Notes under the pieces: generated by a model
Told to the model about the DNA's origin: nothing
What the model saw: the letters and a program-made list of their open reading frames with translations, nothing else
Database searches by the model: none
Origin: Hormiphora californensis
Taxonomy: Eukaryota; Animalia; Ctenophora
NCBI GenBank assembly: GCA_020137815.1
Contig: CM035351.1
Location: 5,084,001 to 5,148,000 of the forward strand
Direction: 5' to 3'
DNA: 64,000 nt
Translations under genes and position numbers: made by a program
Shown: positions 13,929 to 26,759 of the stretch, in pieces
How positions within the stretch are numbered: position 1 is the stretch's first letter
How the letters are laid out: every line of letters starts with the position of its first letter

Positions 13929-14641
13929 ATAACTAGCTAGGAGAGAAAATTCCGTTCAAGAGAATGAGAGACATCTAGAGATTGTACCTGTGTCTACAAC
14001 AGCTCTATATCACGATCAGACTAGTAATGGTTATTGAAAGACATATCACTACACAACAGCTGAGTACACCCAGTATACCGATAACAAGCAGTGGGAGAGA
14101 TACAGCTTTACCGCGTCACTCAACCCACCACCTTATCCGCCCTAGTGGCTAGTAAGAGCACAACTACTGCACAATGTGCAAACAAGCTCCTGGACACATT
14201 ATAATCGCCCAGTAATGTGTGTTCCATAATGATCACTGCTCACTGTGTTCCTGTCTGCAGGTTGTTCCCTAATATTTTCCACTGTCAGTACAGGTCTGGA
14301 GATAATCTGACAACTATGATCATCCAGCAGGTCTACTACAAAGTATGTATAACAGTGGCTGGGGGGCTGGTGTAGCAACTGTGCTCTACATTGACTTGCA
14401 GCCACCTGCTTGCCCCCAGCTCGTAGTAGTAACTCAACATAGAGAGCTACTGGGGTGGATCGCAGGTGTGTGTGTGTGACACTTCACAGGTGCAGCACAG
14501 GAAACATTGTCGGCAAATCAAGTATCAGGTGTATAAATCAGGGTACAAATCAGGAGAACTCTAAACAAGATGGGGATGACTTTGACAGGAAAAAATCAAC
14601 TGCGGAAGGAGAGAGGGAGAGACACGGACTTATAGAGAGAT

Positions 14642-14694
<53 letters not shown>

Positions 14695-14717
14695 TAGAGA
14701 GATAGAGAGAGAAATAC

Positions 14718-14756
<39 letters not shown>

Positions 14757-15451
14757 ACTACTGGTAATCAATATTCATAGTGTTGATTGGGCTCTCTCAG
14801 TGTCATTACAGGGTAAAAGTGCGACCCCGGGGGCTAAAGGGACTGCTCTTCCGCAAAAAACACACCATCTGACAGTAGAAAGGGGAGAGCGGTAGTGCAA
14901 AACAATCGGAAAATAAAGACAGGGATTTCCCTCGGTAGACTGCCTTGTGCTCTCTGAACAATGTGAACAATATGGCAAAACATTGGTTACTCGTTACTGT
15001 GCTCTACTGAACAAGATTGGTAAAACAAGAAGCAATGAGGTACGAAGAGGCGAGATCACAAGACGAGACGAGACATATCAAAAGGAAGTATTCGGTTGAC
15101 GCAAAACCAGACGCAAAGTTCAGAAGAAGAGGTGCGTGACAGTTAATCGCGTTGCGTGAGAGAAGGAAAATGGAGGGGAGTAAGGAAAGGACTAAGTTTC
15201 AATCAACCATTATATTCAAAACTTGAGTAATTGATAGGCAGGAGTGAATTGAGGTTCAAAAAAGTACGTCTAGAGAAACAACACCCGGCTGACCCATTGT
15301 TTACAGACTACTACTCTTTCAGCGGCCGGAGGGGTGCGAGAAGCGAGAGCCAGAAAAGTTAATCCATGCCATTAACTGCCCATTTAAACTGTTAACAAGG
15401 TTAGAGAGGCGAGGAGGAAAAATCGAGAGAAGACAGAGAGAGAGAGAGAGC

Positions 15452-15482
<31 letters not shown>

Positions 15483-16077
15483 TCAGAAGCGAGCTGAGCG
15501 AGCTCGTATCAGTTATCTCTCGCTATTCGATCTCTTCTCGAGAATAGAGAAGAGCTATATCTCTATCTCTATATCTCTCTTCTCTCTTCTCTGCCTATAC
15601 CCTCCCTTTCTCTCTGCCTATCTCTCTCTGCCTATCCCTCTCTATGTAGCACCTCGGGGAGAGGTAAAACGTATAAAGCTCCACCCACCTCCCCGGGGGG
15701 TGACGAGCCCTACTAACTACTACCACTACTACAACGTGAAATACCTCTGCTTTCTCCACCCATTTCAGTTAAATCACTCTCTCTCTCTTTCAGCTTTCTC
15801 GCTCTCTCTCTTTCTCTTTCTTTATCTCTCTCTCTCTCTCACCCCTCCATTTCTCTCTCCCTCTCACATTTGACTCTCACGAATTCTATTTTTCATCCAG
15901 GACCTCTCTCTCTATCTTTCTCTCCCATCCTCTTTCTGGCAGGGTGGGGGATAGTCCTCCGGCCTATCTCACTATACCTCACTCAAATTAATTGGAAACT
16001 CTCAAGCAGTATTTTTGATCCTAGCGGCGGTTGTGTAGCAAGTTGGATTGTGCTGGGAAATCTCAGTGCTGCGACTA

Positions 16078-16198
<121 letters not shown>

Positions 16199-17328
16199 CT
16201 CTCTGGTTTTTCACTTGATCAGTTTGGTTCTGATCTCAGTCAACCCAATCATTGCTTGGGCTCCAATCTACTAATTGGGCAACGGTAAAATCCACTGTAC
16301 AAACAAACAACCGGCGGGAATAAGATCACTGGATCAGAGGCCTGAGGCACCACTAGACCAGCCCCCCCCCCTCCACTTAAAACGAAGTGGAAAGAAAGTA
16401 ACAGAGATCATTGTGCTCGCACGTCGAGTCATAAGCAGGTCACAATGCAGTAGCCGAGTGGGAAAGCCCCAGACATCATGATGATGGTGCCCAGTGGGGA
16501 CGAGGGAAACTCATGGTCCCCCACAATAAAAGATCACCAGTAACGATGAGAGACTTTGCGTCGCGGCTCTAAGGGGGAAAGAACACTAGACAGTTCGTAG
16601 TTACAATTCATTGAGCGAGAGGGAGAGAGAGAGAGAGGGAGAGAGAGAGATAGTTGAGCACGTGATCTTGAGATCATGTTACACCACCTCGACAATTCAT
16701 AGGCCACGTGACCAGCATCGGAGGGCCGCCGTTGGCTCCCTCTCTCGTCCCGGGTCAAGTTACAAGCATTGTATAGATCGCTGAGGAGAGATGGAGAGGG
16801 AGAGAGAGAGATGAACAGTTAAATAACGCCCTTCTGAGTTTCAACAATAGAGCGGCCTATATGATATATAGTGGTTTTAGGATCTATAAATTATAGAGCA
16901 CATGGATTGACCTCCACAAAAGCCTAAGCTCCTAAGATCCAACCAAAAACTCTCTGGGTCCATGGGTTACAAAGATAATAGTTATCAGTGCTATCACACT
17001 TATTATCGGACAAAGCGGCGCTACAAACAAACAAAGTCCACGCGGGGGAATGTGATTTGCAATAATTGGAAGACCAGAGACCTGTCACAAATCTTATCAG
17101 CCCATCGGCTAGGGAGGGAGGGAGATAGGCGACATCTAGAAGAAACATCGCTATTCGCTGGGTGATATTATTGTCAGACAATTATTGTCAGACAAGACTT
17201 AACTTCAAGAGTTTTCAAGACAATTGAGCTAGTAACAATAACTATAAATCGTAGCACTAAAAATCTAACAAAGTCGGACAATGAGCAAAACGGGGAAGTA
17301 GAGAGTGAGAGAGAGGTGGAGAAAAGAT

Positions 17329-17442
<114 letters not shown>

Positions 17443-17818
17443 ATGGGAGAGAAGGAGGATAGATGGAGTGTGAGAGAGGGGGAGAGAAGGGGAGGGAGAG
17501 AGTGAAAGAGAAGGGGGAGGGAGAGTCAGAGAGACCGATGGGGGAGAGATAGATGCCGACGTACTATGTGAGAGAGAGAACAAGAAAAATTCGAGTAGCG
17601 TTGTAAGGTGTTCGGGTCGCAAGGTGTGCGATTAGAGATCGCCCCCCAAAATAAAGAGGTAAACTCGTTCAAGAAAAGGGGAGCTAATATCAGTAGTGCT
17701 TTCTTTGTGAAATGAGACAATTATATTATAGCTAGGGGGTATATTGCCAAATTGTACCCTGATTTGTCTACTTAATAATTGATTTGCCGACAATGTGCTT
17801 ATACCGGGTATAAGCTAC

Positions 17819-17990
17819 AAACATTGTCGGCAAATCAAGTATCAGGTAGAAAAATCAGGGTATCAGGTAGATAAATCAGGGTATCAGGTAGATAAATCAG
17901 GGTATCAGGTAGATAAATCAGGGTACAATTTGGCAAAAACCAAGATGGGGATAACTTTGGCAGGAAGAAGTGAGAGACAACTACCAGTAG
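17819..17990. repeat. Dispersed repeat containing a 21-bp tandem (aaatcagggtatcaggtagat, about 4 copies); related copy at about 14503-14590
   Basis: Both loci share aaacattgtcggcaaatcaagtatcaggt...aaatcagggtacaa...caagatggggat.actttg.cagga. Confidence 0.8.
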
Positions 17991-19006
17991 TGCTTTCTCT
18001 CCCCAGGAGAATAGACCTTGTAAAATGAGACAATTATATTATAGAGGGGGTACAAGCTACAAGACACACGTGATACACGATACAAGCTAATGGGGGAATC
18101 GAGACCCAATGCTCCAGGGTCCAATGTGATATGAGATCTGCATTCAATAACAATTAGATCCAGGGTCAATTGCGATATGAGATCTGGATCCAATAACGAT
18201 ATTGCACTGTAACAACCCAATTTCTGCAATAGATCAGAGTACCCAATCACTCAGTGCAGTTACCTACATGTGTTACATATGACTTGCTAAGATTTACATA
18301 TGACTTCGTCAAATTATCAAGTTGGCAGTCTAGCTGTAGGTAATTAGGGGGAATTAGGTTGAATATTGCTGCCACTGATAACAAAATAATAAACACCAGT
18401 ACCAGACAAGCATGGTAAAGCAAAAGTAATGTTACCTCAGTACCATGAACAATATCGCAGTTAGCAATTGTTCTTACGAGGTTTGTCCAATGGACATTCT
18501 TCAGAAGAAGGAGAAGTTCTCCTGGAGAACGTTACAAAACTTCAGTTCCCCGACCCACAGGACAGTTTGCTGTAGGAAAGGAAAGTTAAAATGAAGGATG
18601 CTTGGAATCTTTTGAACTTTTTCTCCCTCCCTTCTTGTTTCCAGTCCACACAGTTTCTAACAGTTCCACAGGGTACTCATCAATTGCCTGGCTAGACTGT
18701 GGTTAGAACATAACAACTCATCAACTACTTTTACAACAAAAGGTCTTACTGGCTTACTGCTTTCGGGAAATCAAAATTTCTCAAAAAAGTGCGGTAGGGG
18801 TTTCGTCGATTTTAGCCTGAAAATGGAACCATTCTTTATTTGTACAGTTAACAACAAGATTACAAGAGTACATGCTAAATAATATGTTTATTTGTTTTGT
18901 TATAACCCGTTTTAATATATTTTTCTGTGCGGGGCACGTGGAAACAGGATCGGGCAACTAGCAAGGCACATATTTCTCTCTTATTTCCTGTAGCAGCTTC
19001 TCCTCA

Positions 19007-19455
19007 GCTGTTGAAAAGTGATGCCAATCGGTGTTGGGGCACGTTGGCAGTCTGTTTCCACGCTAACTTTAGCCCAAACACTTAAGTGAACAGTTACTAA
19101 ACACTAACACAACTCACAAGGAAATATCTTGTTTTATATTTTTGTAGGTCGACTCATGGGCATTTTGATGTTTTAAGGTCTGTTAAGAGGTGTGTCTGAT
19201 GTCAAAAAGTACCCTGCTTTAAAACTACTGTTACCCCCAAACCACCCAACCGTTTTAGCTAATTCAAAGTTCATCTGATAGAAAATCTCAAGCTCTAACA
19301 CAAAACCCGGGTCTAAATTCCCTAAACCTAGCCCTAACCTGATCCCACTAAGAAACCTTGAGGCTTGACTGCTGACACATTTTTTTGTGTGTGCTGACAA
19401 ACTTTTTTTTTAAATTCACTAACCCCAACACCGATTGGCATCACTTTCCAACAGC
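19007..19455. mobile_element. Non-autonomous element bounded by 33-bp inverted repeats, with internal CCCTAA-like tracts
   Basis: gctgttgaaaagtgatgccaatcggtgttgggg (19007-19039) pairs with ccccaacaccgattggcatcactttccaacagc (19423-19455). An internal segment resembles 57113-57230. Confidence 0.65.
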
Positions 19456-19577
19456 CGATTATTATTATTATTATTAAGTCTAAAAATGTATACATTGCAT
19501 TAACTCAACATATACGCCCCTTTTTGTGGGCAATTTGGATAGTCCTTTCGATTTAAAATTCAATGGTTAGAGTTCAC

Positions 19578-20645
19578 TTAGCCACATTTAATGACCCCCT
19601 TACTAATCCAATAACGTCCATTCGGATTATCTCGTTTTAGTTCTTTCAGAGTATCAACAAGAGATTTCCGCTCTCGCTGTTCGTCTGGTGATAGGTCGGG
19701 AGAGAGAAAAACGGATGAAAACTTCTCTGAACTCTGTAGCTGCTTTGCTTTCCGAAGAAGCTGCAGCAAGGATTCCCTTCTTTCAAGGGTGACGATAACA
19801 GGTCTCGCTCGGTCATCAGTCCTTAGGCCAACCCGCTTTGTGGAGGTCACGACAGGTTTCTCATTTAGCTCAGCAAAGATATCCTGAACTTCATGATCAG
19901 TAGCCCTGGCAGTGGTTTCTGGAAGCCCAAATAAAACCAAATTCAGCTTTCTATCCGGAGTTGTTCTTTCAGTTGGTGGAGAGGAAACTGTCGCCTTCTT
20001 CCATGCTTCCTTCAGGCGAGATGGAGCAATAGCAGCTGAACAATTCTGTACAAGGACCTTGGAGTAGTCATGCAACTGCTTTTGGACAGACTCTGACATC
20101 GAGTTGTTTTCACGTTTTTGTACTTCAATCAAACTATTTTGTGCTTCTATCAGCTTCCCTTGCAATGCAATCCTTGCTACCCGATGCTTGTCGACTTCTT
20201 CTTTGAACGTGCTAAGTTCTTTCTGTACCTCCTCCAGTTTCCTATTACAGTCCTCCAGTTGCAGGCGTTCTTTCGTTCTAGCACTTTCATAGTTCTTCAT
20301 CTTAGTTTCACACAATCGTTTCTCATTCCCTATTTCCCTCCCTAACTGGAGAATGTGACGACAGAGTTTCTTAGTGATAGCCTGGAGTTTTTCTGCATGG
20401 TACTCCTTCAACTTGTAATCTAGTGGTAGTGCTTCCTCAATATATTGACGCTCATTATCCTCCGTATCCTTTTCCAAGATCTCGTTTAGTAAATCCTCTA
20501 CCGCTTCTCGCTCGCGTTGACGATTCAGAGTTCCTTTCTTTACCAACATTATATCACTCATTGCACTAAACAGTGTACTTCTCATCGTACTACCCAAACA
20601 TTCTCCTATACTTGAAGATTTCTTGGGCTTCTCCATCGTCGTCAT
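19578..20645 (-). mobile_element. CR1/L2-type LINE ORF1 protein (coiled coil plus RRM-like domain) with no ORF2 downstream
   Basis: Intronless 355-aa ORF with RKLNLVLFGLPE, KRVG...RPVIVTL, LLRKAKQL and VFLSPDLSPDEQRERKSL, typical of non-LTR ORF1p. It is followed about 100 bp downstream by an (AAT)n tail (19458-19476). Confidence 0.8.
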
Positions 20646-20859
20646 AGCTTGGGACTGCCCCTACGGGCGGTTCCGCCATCCTAGGGACATATCTCAAATT
20701 AACATTAGCCGAAGAGAAGCTGCCGAAGAGAGAAAGGGGGTAACCGTATGAAGAGTTAATCGCGATGAGTCTCATTCACATTGGGTTCGATCATTTGCCC
20801 CCGGTGTTGGGGTTAGTAATAAATATTAAAATCACTCACTCGAATCCATATAATAAATC

Positions 20860-21660
20860 CCATAATGTTAGTCAGTCTGTCCGTTAATTGGTTTTTCAAA
20901 CTCCTCCCACAGTTTTTGAGCTAGACCCCTAAAAATTTGTACACGGGTACCTTGGACCAAGGCGGATGTAAGTACGGGCTCAGATTTTTGATCCGATCTT
21001 TACAGCAGTGACGTCACGGGGTGACGTCATTGCGACAAAAAGACCTACATTTTTCAAACGCTTCTAAGACCCTGAAAACGGCTCTAAATCAAAAAACTAA
21101 CGCAATAGTGGGGAAAGAGAATCGTTTGAACTTCATTTTACTTGATAGCGATTTCCCGTAACTCAATGTTTAAGGGTCGTAAATCGCGTCGGGAAAGTTA
21201 AAAATGCCAAAAATACGATATTTTTCACCGTAGCCACCCAAAATCTTATCCAATCGATATGAAACTTGGTCGTTATGTGAATTTTAATGTCCTTTGGCCA
21301 GGGGTTCCCGGAAAACGGATTGGCAAGATGAGAACTGACCGGAGTTCTTATATAATAAATTAATTCATGGTCAACACGAAACGCAAAAAGTTTCAAAAAG
21401 GTGCGAATTTTTTTAAATAAATTGTTTCCAAATAAAATGCAAAGAAATCGCGAGCGCGCGGCAGTTGTTTGCACCGTTAACTACAAAAAGACGCGTGCCA
21501 CATTTAATTTGTCCGGTTGAACTGAAGGTACCATGTTTGCGCGCAATATTCACTCACTGTGTGGTCATCGCGCGTTCCCGACATGTATCGAGCAAAGTGG
21601 ACCCAAATGGGGCGAGAAATCAGAGCGCTTCTGTGTTTATCACAAAAGTAAAAAACATAA
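20860..21660. repeat. Interspersed non-coding DNA-transposon/Helentron-like remnant
   Basis: CpG-rich and non-coding, with motifs such as gtcagtctgtccgtt...aaactcctcccacagtttttgagctagacccctaaaaatttgtacac resembling invertebrate interspersed repeats. Family not determined. Confidence 0.35.
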
Positions 21661-22478
21661 ATTTAATGAGTTCAGCTCTTACGAGACACCAGCCGGCAAC
21701 GAAATACAACCAGCGGATACTGTGAAAGACCTTGGCATCATTCTCTCAAACAGTGGCTCTTGGACAGACCATGTCATGAGGATTTCTTCAGAAGCACGAA
21801 GGATGGCTGCCTGGGCACTGAGAGCGTTTAAGGACAGATCAGTCACCACTATGCTAACACTCTACAAGTCACTTATAAGGTGCAAAGTAGAATACTGTTC
21901 TCCCCTCTGGTCCCCCTACAAGATTGGGGACATTCAAGCTCTGGAAAGTATCCAGAGACAGTTCACCAGAAGGATCGAAAACATGGCACAGTTTGACTAT
22001 TGGGAAAGTCTGAAAATGTTAAGACTGATGTCATTGCAACGTCGCAGGGAGCGATATACGATAATACAAATGTGGAAAATCTATAATGGTGCAGCACCAA
22101 ACAGCACGAATACCCGGTTTTACCATCATCAACGGCTCGGCATCCGAGCTGAGGTACCTACCCTATACAGTGGAGCACAGAAGTCATTCTCAACAAAATA
22201 CTTCCACTTCTTTACTGTGAGGGCCGCTCGGTTATGGAACACATTACCGAAAGAGGTTAATACAGCAGTGACCTTAGACACGTTCAAGATCCTGCTGGGC
22301 CGTTGGCTGGACCACTTCCCTGACAATCCACCTGTGAAGGGTTATTCTACCCGGAACAACAATTCTATCATGGACTGGGTTTTGGAGGTTCGAGCAAAAG
22401 GGGGATGCTGAAAGACTGACACCGTTTACGATTCTGTAATGAAGTTTATTTATCAAGTTTATCAAGTTTATCAAGTTT
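21660..22478 (+). mobile_element. 5'-truncated CR1/L2-clade LINE (RT C-terminus and 3' end)
   Basis: VKDLGI, LTLYKSLIRCKVEYCSPLWSPY, LESIQRQFTRRI, LMSLQRRRERY, FFTVRAARLWNTLPKEV and FKILLGRWL. The 3' tail is (tttatcaag)3. The first ~40 aa of the tracked ORF come from flanking repeat. Confidence 0.9.
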
Positions 22479-22636
22479 GGGGCAAGTAAATAAATGTGAA
22501 ACAAGTATAAAATTCAGGGTTAAAACTTAGGATATTTCTCTTCTGTCTCAACTTCTCTTTCAAAAGCAAACTGATTGACAAATTGTCTCGGTTCTCTTTT
22601 ATAATGTCTTTATTCCAGAGTCTTTCCAGTAATCCA

Positions 22637-23195
22637 TCAGTCCATGATGGTTCTGCGGTGATACAGATCGGAGGTTACATCGCACAAGAAGAGTGGCAAT
22701 GATCTGTGTTGTGTAAACTTTGACAAGTGGGCCTGCATGTTAATGGAACTGGTGTATTTCGTCTCCACCAATTGGAATGCTCCCTCGCACCTGGAGGAGA
22801 AACATAATTAATATCGGGATTTAATACGAAAACCAAAGAAAACGAATTTAATAAATTAATTTAGTAGGGAATTTTGAAATTTTAATAATCGTGAGCCCGT
22901 TAAATCAGGGTGCCCAGTGAATCAGGGTCAAATACTGTTAATTTCCTATATATGGGGGCGGGGGAGGTTATATCAGGGTCCGACTGCATTACTCTTTGTT
23001 GATTAACTCCCGTTCATCCACTAAGTTTTGTGAGAAAATATAATAAGTAACTAACTCGATCCATACTAACTTCTTGAAGAGAAGATTGTGAGTTGGTGAT
23101 TCAGCATAGAGAAATACAAGAGAGAACTGTGAGTCCTCGGGGCACGAGAGGGTGTATCCAAACATGTATTCAACATTCTCCTTTAATTCACGGAT
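22637..23195 (-). CDS. MAD1L1: MAD1 spindle-checkpoint protein C-terminal domain, last two exons (23195-23071, 22790-22637)
   Basis: Spliced translation IRELKENVEYMFGYTLSCPEDSQFSLVFLYAESPTHNLLFKK|CEGAFQLVETKYTSS...FTQHRSLPLFLCDVTSDLYHRRTIMD* matches the MAD1 C-terminal pattern GY...LYAE...L.F...LLET.F...SIPAFLS.LTLELF.R.T. Not in the ORF track. Confidence 0.75.
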
Positions 23196-23285
23196 CTGTA
23201 AATAGAGAGTATTTAGGGTGTTTAGGGTGTTCAGAGTGTTCAGGGTGCAGTGTTCATGGTGTTCTATAGTGGGTATATTATTATA

Positions 23286-23441
23286 CAGTCGGACCCCGAT
23301 TTACCGGGATGCTCGGGGGAAAGGGTTTTGCCCGGTAAATCGGGATGCCCGGTATATCGGGGTAAAATATCGTCAATTTCTTATATCGGGGGAAGTTTAT
23401 CCTCCCGGTAAATCGGGGCCCGGTAAATCGGGGTCCGACTG
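23286..23441. mobile_element. 156-bp Tc1/mariner (pogo-type) MITE with TA target duplication
   Basis: TA|cagtcggaccccgatttaccggg...cccggtaaatcggggtccgactg|TA. A decayed relative ends at about 22986. Confidence 0.9.
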
Positions 23442-24502
23442 TAGTACATGCCCGTGTCGTATTCAGTTCACAGCTACGCTTTACTTCAACGGGTTTTCTA
23501 GTAAACAATAAATCTTACAAATAAAATCTCACACACGATTCAGATATTGAAGTCAATGCTACCAAGTCCTACTGGGGTGTATTTTGTTCGACACCCCCTC
23601 AGAGATCTCAAGGTTGCGATTAGTAAGCAGAATCTCAGCCTCCTTCTGATAGCTGCCAACGCCTCGCTGTGTGCTGACAAACAGATTTACGTACATCTAA
23701 TACGTACAAATCTAATAATTTCCCACGTTTTAGCGTTAAAACGATGCAACTTAGACGCGCGCGCGCGCATTTAGTCTCGACTTTTTGCGCTCGAAGCTTT
23801 CTGAAAAACGAAAAAAGGTTGGCACTCGGCGGAAAGTTCTCTTGAAAGTTGGAATTTACTGTCTTTAACTGTTGCATGTATTTTATGTGATTTTCTTCGT
23901 GTAGCCAGTCAGGCAAAAACAATTTATATATACTATTATTGACATTGTTAGGCCAGATGCATGTGGCTTCTTTTATTACACTTTTTCCAAAAAATTTACT
24001 GTCTCTTCTTGAAAGTCGAAAAGCGCTGATAGTTGATACGTGACAGCATCGACCAGTTTTCGCCAAAAAGTTCCCTCTCTCCTGCCCCGCCCGTTTCCCC
24101 TCCCATTCCACAACTCTACACGGCAGAGCCGTTCCTCAAGTCTACCTCTTTGCACAGATACTTGCTGGTCTCACGAAAGACTACCCTCTACAAACCAGGT
24201 CTAAAGCTGCACTGCACTCTGTACGCGCGCTAAGAAACAAAAGTAATACATAATATGTGCGGTACTGCTGCGCATGTCTAAAATCATAAACAAGTCAATA
24301 GAAATGGGCTTTTAATTTAATATTTTACAGAACATACGGCCTCAGCCTGCCTAGACCCTAGTTCTTTTGTACTACGCTGTTCGGTTCTACGATGTGCTTA
24401 GTTTAGTATTTTCAGTAAATTTTAGTTCTTTTTAAATGTCATACTTGCAATTTGAACAAATGTACAATTATTTTAAAGTAAAATCTTCCCCCAGGATGAA
24501 CT

Positions 24503-26161
24503 ATGGGTGACAAGCCAGTTTTCTCATGCCGCTGTCATGTTTTTAAGATCGACCCCAACACCAAAAAGACCTGGAACCCAACTTCAGATGGCCCTATCCA
24601 AGTTTCATTCTTCTTCGATCCCTCCAAGAAGGCTTACCGAATCGTATCAATAGATGGTGGCAAGTTAGTGATAAACAGCACGGTAGTGGCTGGAATGACA
24701 TTCAGTAGAACAGCACAAAAGTTTGGGCAGTGGAGTGATCAGCGTGCCAACACTGTTTACGGTGTGGGTTTCAGTAACGAGGATGATCTCACTAAATTTG
24801 CTGATCAGTTTGAGGAAGCTAAAGTGTGTGTAAACAGAGATGCCCTCTCTCCGGTGGGACCCCCGCCTCCTATCGAGGAAGATGCCCCTCGACGGATCTT
24901 GTCTCCCGGTCTCCCTGAAAACAGATCCAACGGTTCGTTTGATACCGAACCAGTGAAACTGAGGGCGAGTGAAAGTGAGGGAGCTGACAGAAGTAGGGCA
25001 AGTGAACACAGTCTCGACGATGCAATGAAGGGGCTGTCACTAGAGAATGACAGGCTGAAAACGTCTCTTAATCAGTCACAGGGTAACCTAAAGAAATGGG
25101 AGGTAGAGTTGCATACCCTCCGTACTAATAACAGTCGTCTACAGAGTGCCCTACACGAGAACAGTAGGAATATTGAGGAGTGGAAGACTCAGTTGTTGCA
25201 GTATCGCGAGGAAAACACCAAGCTTAGATCACGGAATGAAGAACTGGAGATTGAGATTGACAACTTGGGGCACATGAGAAACGGGACCCACTCACCTAAA
25301 ACTGCTAAGAAGCATTCTAAATCCAATCTGAAATCGGAGGAGGTTGAGAGGGTGAAAACAGATTCTTGAGAAAGTGACTGCTGAATTGGTGGAGGTGAAG
25401 GAGGAGAATACTGATAAGTGTTTTCCTTCAAACAAAAAACCCCCCAAATTAATGCTGTAACCTTGGATCTCTCAACTTTCTCTCCCCATAACCACCTCCT
25501 TCAGTTTCAGTTGACATGGACGCCGATTGGAGAGGTCCCAACTCCAGTTGCGGAGAAAAGGTAGAAGGATGCTCTGGCAGAATGCAGAGATGGTTGCGAG
25601 AGGGGCCCCAAAGAAAAGGGCCAGGAACAAGCAGGACCCCCAAGAAGGAGAAGACCGTTGAACCAATGCAGCACTCCTGTCCATCAACGAACTCTAATCT
25701 CATTCAAGGTCAAAGGTTGAAGAAGAAGAGGGTGTAGACGAGGCGGAGAAGGCCGCCAAGACGAGAAGAGCAAGAAGAGGCAAAGGCTAATGCCGAGCGG
25801 GAAGAGGAGGGAACCTGAAGGAGAAGGAAGAGGAGAAGGAGAGGAGAAAAAGGACGATGGAGGAAACCCAAGAGAGGAGAATAGTGAGAAAGAGAACAAG
25901 GATAACACGCCCAAGGAAACATATGAGAAAAAGGCTGTGGAACAGACCACGATGCCCCGAGAGCAGTGAATAGAGGGTATCTGAGAAAGTGACTACGTGA
26001 GGTTAAAAACTCAGCTGCGACAGAGTGAGGAGAGATCAGGGGTTTCCAAACAAGTCTATGAAAATAGCATGGTTTGTCAGATTCAGGCTGATATGGAGTT
26101 GAGACTGAGAGAACTTGTTGATATGAATAGAAAATTACTGACATATTGTCGAAAATCATAG
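24503..26161 (+). CDS. HOMER: Homer (EVH1 plus coiled coil); ORF 24503-25369, with a probable true C-terminus at ~25993-26161 separated by a foreign degenerate segment
   Basis: MGDKPVFSCRCHVFKIDPNTKKTW...AYRIVS...INSTV...AQKFGQWSDQRANTVYGVGF and ENDRLK..L.QSQGNLKKWEVELHTLRTNNSRLQSALHE...EEWK.QL..YREEN. Removing one base near 25364 continues the frame as LEKVTAELVEVKEEN. The downstream segment reads ...DMELRLRELVDMNRKLL*. Confidence 0.93.
25416..25960 (+). pseudogene. Deletion-riddled copy of 28211-28855 (acidic protein plus upstream sequence); pseudogene or consensus artefact
   Basis: Collinear matches: aagtgttttccttcaaacaa, cagtttcagttgacatgg, aagcaggacccccaagaaggagaagac, gaaagagaacaagga, aggctgtggaacagaccacga. 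Confidence 0.7.
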
Positions 26162-26759
26162 TTTGTCTGTTGGTGTTTTAGAGACGATATATTATATGTT
26201 CGCAAAAGGCAAGCTTCCCCTCGTCCGACCCGAAGTTGGAATCATATGGGTTTAGTTTGTCGAACCGGCAAGTTGCTAACATATTTCAAATCTTCACTAC
26301 TTCTCAAATGATCTAATCCCATACATTCAGTCTAATACCAAAATAAAATTGTAAATCCTATTAAAATAGAGACAAAAATAATGGCACCAAAATGTGAAAT
26401 GCCCTTGTAGTTAGTGGGAGCAGAACAAAATCAATTTCTTATCTCACCACGTTAATAAATAATTAATTAAGTTGATGCTCTTATTTGTTTAGAGGTGCTC
26501 AAGTTCTACCGCCAGCCACTGGATGAAATTTATCCATTTCATTGTGCACAATGCACAGGCTTTGGTTACGAAGTTACCCCTTGCCAGCGCGTGCAAAGGT
26601 CGCCCGGCGACAGAGTGTGAGGTGTCTTCGATACCAAGCACAGGCTTGTGTAACAAAAAGGGGCATTTTTATAGCTTATTGTTCATCATAACCTGAAATA
26701 AATAATTTTCATTACTTTCACAAAGGCTCAAAGTTTGAATATCAAATTTGTGTAAGCGC

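Noticed and set aside
18440-18575. Exon-like segment with an acceptor and donor on the minus strand
   Set aside because: No open frame through it and no recognisable product.
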